A program made the translations under genes and the position numbers. From Eledone cirrhosa (taxonomy: Eukaryota), in NCBI GenBank assembly GCA_964016885.1, contig OZ024746.1, positions 69,440,001 to 69,504,000 on the forward strand: 64,000 bases of DNA, read 5' to 3'. Below are positions 54,301 through 64,000 of this stretch, piece after piece. The notes beneath the pieces were generated by a model, which saw only the letters and a list, made by a program, of their open reading frames with translations, did no database searches and was not told where the DNA came from. Every line of letters begins with the position of its first letter. Within the stretch, counting starts at the first letter, position 1.

Positions 54301-57300
54301 CAACTACCCAAGGTTCACATGGTGCTGTTAAACCAGGTGATAGATTAAGTCAACTACCCAAGGTCCACATGGTGCTGTTAAACCAGGTGATAGATTAAGT
54401 CAACTACCCAAGGTTCACATGGTGCTGTTAAACCAGGTGATAGATTAAGTCAACTACCCAAGGTTCACATGGTGCTGTTAAACCAGGTGATAGATTAAGT
54501 CAACTACCCAAGGTCCACATGGTGCTGTTAAACCAGGTGATAGATTAAGTCAACTACCCAAGGTCCACATGGTGCTGTTAAACCAGGTGATAGATTAAGT
54601 CAACTACCCAAGGTCCACATTGTCGTATTAAACCAGGTGATAGATTAAGTCAACTACCCAAGGTTCACATGGTGCTGTTAAACCAGGTGATAGATTAAGT
54701 CAACTACCCAAGATTCACATGGGGCTGTTAAACCAGGTGATAGATTAAGTCAACTACCCAAGGTCCGCATGGTCGTATTAAACCAGGTGATAGATTAAGT
54801 CAACTATCCAAGGTCCACATGGTGCTGTTAAACCAGGTGATAGATTAAGTCAACTACCCAAGGTTCACATGGTGCTGTTAAACCAGGTGATAGATTAAGT
54901 CAACTACCCAAGGTCCACATGGTGCTGTTAAACCAGGTGATAGATTAAGTCAACTACCCAAGGTCCACATGGTCGTATTAAACCAGGTGATAGATTAAGT
55001 CAACTACCCAAGGTCCACATGGTGCTGTTAAACCAGGTGATAGATTAAGTCAACTACCCAAGGTCCACATGGTCGTATTAAACCAGGTGATAGATTAAGT
55101 CAACTACCCAAGGTCCACATGGTCGTATTAAACCAGGTGATAGATTAAGTCAACTACCCAAGGTCCACATGGTACTGTTAAACCAGGTGATAGATTAAGT
55201 CAACTACCCAAGGTCCACATGGTGCTGTTAAACCAGGTGATAGATTAAGTCAACTACCCAAGGTTCACATGGTGCTGTTAAACCAGGTGATAGATTAAGT
55301 CAACTACCCAAGGTTCACATGGTGCTGTTAAACCAGGTGATAGATTAAGTCAACTATCCAAGGTCCACATGGTCGTATTAAACCAGGTGATAGATTAAGT
55401 CAACTACCCAAGGTCCACATGGTGATGTTAAACCAGGTGATAGATTAAGTCAACTACCCAAGGTCCACATGGTGCTGTTAAACCAGGTGATAGATTAAGT
55501 CAACTACCCAAGGTTCACATGGTGCTGTTAAACCAGGTGATAGATTAAGTCAACTACCCAAGGTCCACATGGTGCTGTTAAACCAGGTGATAGATTAAGT
55601 CAACTACCCAAGGTCCACATGGTGCTGTTAAACCAGGTGATAGATTAAGTCAACTACCCAAGGTTCACATGGTGCTGTTAAACCAGGTGATAGATTAAGT
55701 CAACTACCCAAAGTCCACATGGTCGTATTAAACCAGGTGATAGATTAAGTCAACTAACCAAGGGCTACATGGTGCTGTTAAACCAGGTGATAGATTAAGT
55801 CAACTACCCAAGGTCCCACATGGTCGTATTAAACCAGGTGATAGATTAAGTCAACTACCCAAGGTCCACATGGTGCTGTTAAACCAGGTGATAGATTAAG
55901 TCAACTACCCAAGGTTCACATGGTGCTGTTAAACCAGGTGATAGATTAAGTCAACTACCCAAGGTCCACATGGTCGTATTAAACCAGGTGATAGATTAAG
56001 TCAACTACCCAAGGTTCACACGGGCTGTTAAACCAGGTGATAGATTAAGTCAACTACCCAAGTTCACATGGTGCTGTTAAACCAGGTGATAGATTAAGTC
56101 AACTACCCAAGGTTCACATGGGGCTGTTAAACCAGGTGATAGATTAAGTCAACTACCCAAGGTCCACATGGTCGTATTAAACCAGGTGATAGATTAAGTC
56201 AACTACCCAAGGTTCACATGGTGCTGTTAAACCAGGTGATAGATTAAGTCAAACTATCCAAGGTCCACATGGTCGTATTAAACCAGGTGATAGATTAAGT
56301 CAACTACCCAAGGTCCACATGGTGCTGTTAAACCAGGTGATAGATTAAGTCAACTACCCAAGGTCCACATGGTCGTATTAAACCAGGTGATAGATTAAGT
56401 CAACTACCCAAGGTCCACATTGTCGTATTAAACCAGGTGATAGATTAAGTCAACTACCCAAATCCACATGGTGCTGTTAAACCAGGTGATAGATTAAGTC
56501 AACTACCCAAGGTCCACATGGTCGTATTAAACCAGGTGATAGATTAAGTCAACTACCCAAGGTCCACATGGTCGTGTTAATCCAGGTGATAGATTAAGTC
56601 AACTACCCAAGGTCCACATGGTGCTGTTAAACCAGGTGATAGATTAAGTCAACTACCCAAGGTTCACATGGTCGTATTAAACCAGGTGATAGATTAAGTC
56701 AACTACCCAAGGTCCACATGGTGCTGTTAAACCAGGTGATAGATTAAGTCAACTACCCAAAGTCCACATGGTCGTATTAAACCAGGTGATAGATTAAGTC
56801 AACTACCCAAGGTCCACATGGTGCTGTTAAACCAGGTGATAGATTAAGTCAACTACCCAAGGTCCACATGGTGCTGTTAAACCAGGTGATAGATAAAGTC
56901 AACTACCCAAGGTCCACATGGTGCTGTTAAACCAGGTGATAGATTAAGTCAACTACCCAAGGGTCCACATGGTCGTATTAAACCAGGTGATAGATTAAGT
57001 CAACTACCCAAGGTCCACATGGTGCTGTTAAACCAGGTGATAGATTAAGTCAACTACCCAAGGTCCACATGGTCGTGTTAAACCAGGTGATAGATTAAGT
57101 CAATTACCCAAGGTCCACATGGTGCTGTTAAACCAGGTGATAGATTAAGTCAACTACCCAAGGTCCACATGGTCGTATTAAACCAGGTGATAGATTAAGT
57201 CAACTACCCAAGGTCCACATGGTGCTGTTAAACCAGGTGATAGATTAAGTCAACTACCCAAGGTCCACATGGTGCTGTTAAACCAGGTGATAGATTAAGT

Positions 57301-58298
57301 CAACTACCCAAGGTCCACATGGTCGTATTAAACCAGGTGATAGATTAAGTCAACTACCCAAGGTCCACATGGTCGTGTTAAACCAGGTGATAGATTAAGT
57401 CAACTACCCAAGGTTCACTTGGGGCTGTTAAACCAGGTGATAGATTAAGTCAACTACCCAAGGTCCACATGGTCGTATTAAACCAGGTGATAGATTAAGT
57501 CAACTACCCAAGGTTCACATGGTGCTGTTAAACCAGGTGATAGATTAAGTCAACTACCCAAGGTCCACATGGTGCTGTTAAACCAGGTGATAGATTAAGT
57601 CAACTACCCAAGGTCCACATGGTCGTATTAAACCAGGTGATAGATTAAGTCAACTACCCAAGGTCCACATGGTGCTGTTAAACCAGGTGATAGATTAAGT
57701 CAACTACCCAAGGTCCACATGGTCGTATTAAACCAGGTGATAGATTAAGTCAACTACCCAAGGTTCACATGGGGCTGTTAAACCAGGTGATAGATTAAGT
57801 CAACTACCCAAGGTTCACATGGGGCTGTTAAACCAGGTGATAGATTAAGTCAACTACCCAAGGTTCACATGGGGCTGTTAAACCAGGTGATAGATTAAGT
57901 CAACTACCCAAGGTTCACATGGGGCTGTTAAACCAGGTGATAGATTAAGTCAACTACCCAAGGTCCACATGGTGCTGTTAAACCAGGTGATAGATTAAGT
58001 CAACTACCCAAGGTTCACATGGGGCTGTTAAACCAGGTGATAGATTAAGTCAACTACCCAAGGTTCACATGGGGCTGTTAAACCAGGTGATAGATTAAGT
58101 CAACTACCCAAGGTTCACATGGTGCTGTTAAACCAGGTGATAGATTAAGTCAACTACCCAAGGTTCACATGGGGCTGTTAAACCAGGTGATAGATTAAGT
58201 CAACTACCCAAGGTTCACATGGGGCTGTTAAACCAGGTGATAGATTAAGTCAACTACCCAAGGTCCACATGGTCGTGTTAAACCAAGTGACAGATTAA
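51361..58298. repeat. 50-bp tandem satellite, about 139 units
   Basis: Consensus aagtcaactacccaaggtccacatggtgctgttaaaccaggtgatagatt; length/50 gives ~139; no unique spacers, no ORF. Confidence 0.97.
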
Positions 58299-58354
58299 TT
58301 CTGCTACTCGCAACGGATGTTGGAATCTGAAAGCGAAAAGGGAAGCAGTGGATA

Positions 58355-58565
58355 TGCATTATAGGTAGAGGGTCGGACACCATGCTTTGCAGCATAGAGT
58401 TACGGTCCTTTACGCTCCGATTTCAAATCCTGTCGAGGTTAGCTTTGTCTTTTATCCTTACAGGGTCGATAAAATGAATTACCAGTAATGCACTGGGGTC
58501 GATTTAATCAACTTTCCCCCTCCTCTTCAAATGACTGGCCTTGTGCCTAAAGTAGAAATAATTAT
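58355..58565 (+). mobile_element. Family A SINE
   Basis: tttcaaatcc B-box remnant and family body/tail; further copies 24308-24395, 25980-26040, 27362-27540, 61820-61920 (-), 62600-62785. Confidence 0.75.
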
Positions 58566-58630
58566 TACAAAACAACTTCACCGACGCTCTACCGATCGAT
58601 TCTGCCAATCTACAGCCCTAAACTGGTGTA

Positions 58631-58668
<38 letters not shown>

Positions 58669-58734
58669 GTTATTCCGGGTTGAATCGGAGGTAACCACAG
58701 TAAGTAAGGTTCTCAATACATTGCAGAGTATAAA

Positions 58735-58856
58735 AGTTTTAATATAGATGAGATTCTACTGGACTAGAACTGTTTCATTCTTTAGAAATCATCAGATTCC
58801 TGATGATTTCTAAAGAATGAAACAGTTCTAGTCCTGTAGAATCTCATCTATATTAA

Positions 58857-58860
<4 letters not shown>
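58735..58860. repeat. Near-perfect 61-bp-arm hairpin with a hammerhead-like core in each arm
   Basis: One mismatch, 4-nt loop attc (58796-58799); right arm begins CTGATGA-tttctaaagaat-GAAA-cagttcta-GTC. Confidence 0.85.
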
Positions 58861-58904
<44 letters not shown>

Positions 58905-58927
58905 ATATATATATATATATATGTATG

Positions 58928-59003
<76 letters not shown>

Positions 59004-59105
59004 CATATACCCTACGTATTGAGTACTTTGGTGCGTTATGGTCCATCTGGTTCCTTACCACATTTCCTTCGTTATATATATATATAATATATATAATATA
59101 TATAT

Positions 59106-59162
<57 letters not shown>

Positions 59163-59169
59163 ATATATG

Positions 59170-59228
<59 letters not shown>

Positions 59229-59241
59229 ATATATATATATG

Positions 59242-59292
<51 letters not shown>

Positions 59293-59446
59293 CATAGATT
59301 TTGAGTTTATGTTGGTTGTATACCAACACCCCTCAGTATGCAGGCTGGAGCACTCGACGAAGTGCGCAGGTTGGTTTGGTTACTCCGGAGTAGTGTAAAA
59401 TAAAGTTAAATAAAAGTCAAATGATTAAAATTTAGCTTCGTTTATT

Positions 59447-59501
59447 ACTGCTATATATATTTCAGTGACAGCCATCTTTGGCTGTGACCTCTTCAGGCAG
59501 T
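59447..59501 (-). ncRNA. Type I hammerhead ribozyme, canonical core
   Basis: ACUGC CUGAAGA GGUCACAGCC-AAAGAU-GGCUGUCACU GAAA UAUAUA UA GCAGU then AAUAAA. Confidence 0.8.
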
Positions 59502-59671
59502 TTGAATTAGTATGGTATAGACAAGTACATATGTTGTTTAGGTGTATGATATTGATATGACTCCAGTTCCCCAGTGAATTAACAACCCAACAAGGAACTG
59601 GGCATATCAGAGTATTGACAATATCATACACCTAAACAACATATGTACTTGTCTATACCATACTAATTCAA

Positions 59672-59726
59672 ACTGCCTGAAGAGGACACAGCCAAAGATG
59701 GCTGTCACTGAAATATATATAGCAGT
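59672..59726 (+). ncRNA. Type I hammerhead ribozyme, canonical core (mirror copy)
   Basis: ACUGC CUGAAGA GGACACAGCC-AAAGAU-GGCUGUCACU GAAA UAUAUA UA GCAGU then AAUAAA at 59727. Confidence 0.8.
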
Positions 59727-59779
59727 AATAAACGAAGCTAAATTTTAATCATTTGACTTTTATTTAACTTTATTTTATA

Positions 59780-60535
<756 letters not shown>

Positions 60536-61184
60536 CAGGACTAAAAACAAAACCTGTCAAAGGGCAAAGAAGCTCTTAAGAGTCAATGGCCATCCAAAAT
60601 CACCGGGAGAGATGACCCCTTAGCCTTTTTCAAGGCATAATTCTAGGAGAAGGAAAACTCTGATATAACACCTGCAACTCTGATGGTATCCAATGATGTT
60701 GACTTGTTCTTCTTTTTGGTAAATATCATCTTGGTTAAGAGAGTGGGACTGGCTTTGTGCAGTGCCTTTCCTCACTATAAAAGCTTCACGGCACAGGCAT
60801 TGCTTTATATCTGGAGATCTCTATGCACTTGTCGTTACATGGTACCATGGGCCCAGCACTATGTGTCAATAATTGTCACAAGTGTAGTGTTTGTACCAGA
60901 GTGTTCAAGTCGCTGGCTGGACTAAAAAGGCACACTCGTTCAGCGCATCGGTAGGGGTTCTCCTACATGGATATAAAGTAGTGGCCGTACTCGAAAACGA
61001 GTTGGCAGCCACCATATATATATATATTTATATATATATATAAAATATATATCATACACAAAACGCCAGCATCAACAGTTTTCCAAGAGATGTCAACTTG
61101 AATGGATCTGTTATTTTTCTCTAAAACCATTTTTTCCAAATCCACCCCGCCCGTCCCTTCAGTCTTTCTAATATCTCATTCTTT

Positions 61185-61218
61185 CTTCTGATGAAGGACT
61201 AGCGTCCTAAACGTTAAG
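61185..61218 (+). ncRNA. Decayed minimal hammerhead (G12 lost)
   Basis: CUU CUGAUGA A-GGAC-UAGC-GUCC UAAA CGU UA AG; GAAA reads UAAA; palindromic AACGUU. Confidence 0.45.
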
Positions 61219-61493
61219 CCCCTCTTCCTGCTATATCAAGCGTTAACCTAATATATTCCTTTCATATACTGTACCGATTGTATTGTTATTTCTGTTTACC
61301 TTTTACACACACACACACACACACACACTCACACACACATTGGAAAATGTGTGAAATACTTGGTACAGTTAGGTATGTTAAAAAAAAGGAAAAGAATGAC
61401 TTCACTTGTAAACAATGTAATTTAATTTTATATTATGATTTTACAATTTGGTTGTGTATATATACACGAATACACAGACAGATATGTGGCTGT

Positions 61494-61559
<66 letters not shown>

Positions 61560-62079
61560 AAATATAAGTGAGTGATGGAGAGGGAGGGATAGAATTAGAG
61601 GGAGGGAAAGAGAGCGAGGTGCAGTATTCCCTGTAGTTTACTTGTTGGTATTTTTAAATTAGATTTCATAAACAATTATTATATTATTTAGTATTTATTA
61701 CGAATTACTAAACTATGCCTGGCGGATTATTTATCATGTTTTTAATATATTTGTTAAATTTAATAATGCTTTCTTATATAGGCCAGTAATTTGTGTGACT
61801 GGTTTGTTAAATTTAATATTTGTTTCTACAATAGGCACAAGGCCAGCAATTATCCCAGTGTATTACAGGTACTATATTTTATCGACCCCCCGTTAGGATG
61901 AAAGGCAAAGTTAACCTCGACAATAAAATGGCAACAGGTTTTGGTAATGGGATTCACACACACACATTTGTATATGTACGTATGTATGTATCTATGTATG
62001 TATTATGTTTCTCTTAATTTCGAGTACATTTTTGACTGGTTACCTTCCTGGCGGCAAGGTTGTAAAAGAAAAGAAATTG

Positions 62080-62592
<513 letters not shown>

Positions 62593-63079
62593 ACACACAC
62601 GGCGGTGAATTGGCAGTATTGGTAGAAAGGTCGGCCATGCTTTCCAGCGTAGTTACGTCCTTTTACGATCTGAGTTCAAATCCCGCCGAGGTTAACTTTG
62701 CCTTTCATCCTTACGGGGTCGATAAAATAAAGTACCAGTAATATACTGGTTAATTGCTGGCCTTGTGCCAAAAGTGGAAACAATATATATATATATATGT
62801 ATATATATGTATATATATATATATGTATACACATACACACACACATATATATATCTTTATATATAATATAGTTAATACAAAGCGTAGTGAGATTTTTGAA
62901 TAACAACCGATAATTTTCCAAAAGCTTGTTCAATGCAATAGAAAAACACGAAGTGGAAACGATGACAAATAAAACAATGAAAGTAACGTTTTGCCCTGTG
63001 TATTCCAGGACTAATACTCTCTTTTCAAATGTGGAGCTGAAACAGTCCAAAACAAAACGAACGATAGATGCTGTCCGTA

Positions 63080-63640
63080 GTTAAGTCGATGGCCGGAGGA
63101 GGAGATGAGAACAGAAGTGGAATTTCAGAGAAAATGACTACCCTACTTCTCGCATCAAACACCGAAATGCCAAGGCAGCAACACTTAAAAGAACAATGAG
63201 GACACGTGCCCTAGAGGTAACATATGCTATCTAAAGCTGCCACACTTCAATGAGAAGACGCCAGCTGCATCAGAAAAGCCACCCGTAGTGAGGGACTGAA
63301 TATATATAGCTGACGCACACGGGACATTTATTAAGGAGACCGCTCCACAGACACCAACCCACATACATCGATATGTGCACACTTCCTAATTGTCCCATCA
63401 ACAACGCAGAAGTGTGCATGTGGTTTATAAGATCACATATAAAGTATAGCTCTTCGTACATCGGAAGTACTGTCCGGATGCTGAACATACGGATAAATGA
63501 GTACATGACGACGTGAGTTTCAGTTAAAAAACATCTTGACAGATGCCGCAACAGAAAGGCAACAGAAAGGAATGAAAGCAGCTTGAGAATCAAAGAGGCC
63601 ATATCATTAACTGGGAAAAACAAAACAAAACAACACAAAT
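63080..63640 (+). pseudogene. Decayed Penelope-like element thumb/GIY-YIG fragment
   Basis: Manual translation: FRENDYP, YLKLPHFNE, CTLPNCPINN, VVYKIT, SYIGSTVRMLNIRINEY, LRIKEAI, with frameshifts. Confidence 0.7.
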
Positions 63641-64000
63641 ATAATAAATTGGAAATGCACGAGACAAACTAGTTATTATAACGACTTAACGCATGCGTAT
63701 TACAGACACGTAGGCCAGTTAAGGAAGCTCACGGCGTTCGTTCGTTTTGTTTTGCACTAAGAATTATTGTTGTTAGATTTGCAGTAAGAATTTTATCTTT
63801 CAAGTATTTTTGTTGTAATATCTTAGAATACAAACAACAATGGTACTTTATAGTCTAGTTGGTCGTCTGCTTCTACTACGAGTCACGGTGGTCTAGTTGT
63901 TATCAAATTTATTTATTTTCCGTTTTGGTGTCACATCTGTTATAGAGATTGACATGGATTGATGTTAGAATCTCAGCACTGTTCTATGTGTAGGCCATAC

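Larger units (their letters stand above)
59396..59777. repeat. Fold-back with ~160-bp arms carrying two hammerheads
   Basis: 59396-59554 inverted at 59619-59777; between long (TA)n tracts. Confidence 0.9.

Noticed and set aside
51361-58298. CRISPR-like array (regular repeat with hairpin)
   Set aside because: No unique spacers, only a few recurrent 4-nt variants; no cas genes; eukaryotic repeat context

Overview
Eukaryotic, AT-rich, gene-poor repeat terrain. The dense (TA)n/(CA)n/(ATT)n/(CATA)n microsatellites and SINE types suggest a mollusc, probably an octopod; that is an inference. No intact host gene, rRNA, tRNA or CRISPR array is supported. The window is a nest of decayed transposons: Penelope-like elements (RT and GIY-YIG remnants), R4/Dong, HERO and CRE restriction-like-endonuclease LINEs, RTE fragments, a near full-length Tx1/L1-clade LINE with three truncated relatives, a decayed Rep/PIF1 Helitron, two non-autonomous Helitrons, two tRNA-derived SINE families and a ~6.9 kb 50-bp satellite. 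The notable hidden layer is RNA structure. By manual folding I find about 15 type I hammerhead ribozyme motifs (complete, decayed or halved) from at least eight unrelated sequence families. They include a five-copy, ORF-less repeat whose extended hammerhead has a fixed U4-to-A core change (CAGAAGA) and which has been captured by a non-autonomous Helitron. Fold-back junctions repeatedly fall in or next to hammerhead motifs. A SINE shares its 3' terminus with the (ATT)n-associated Tx1 LINE. All structure calls are by eye and untested.
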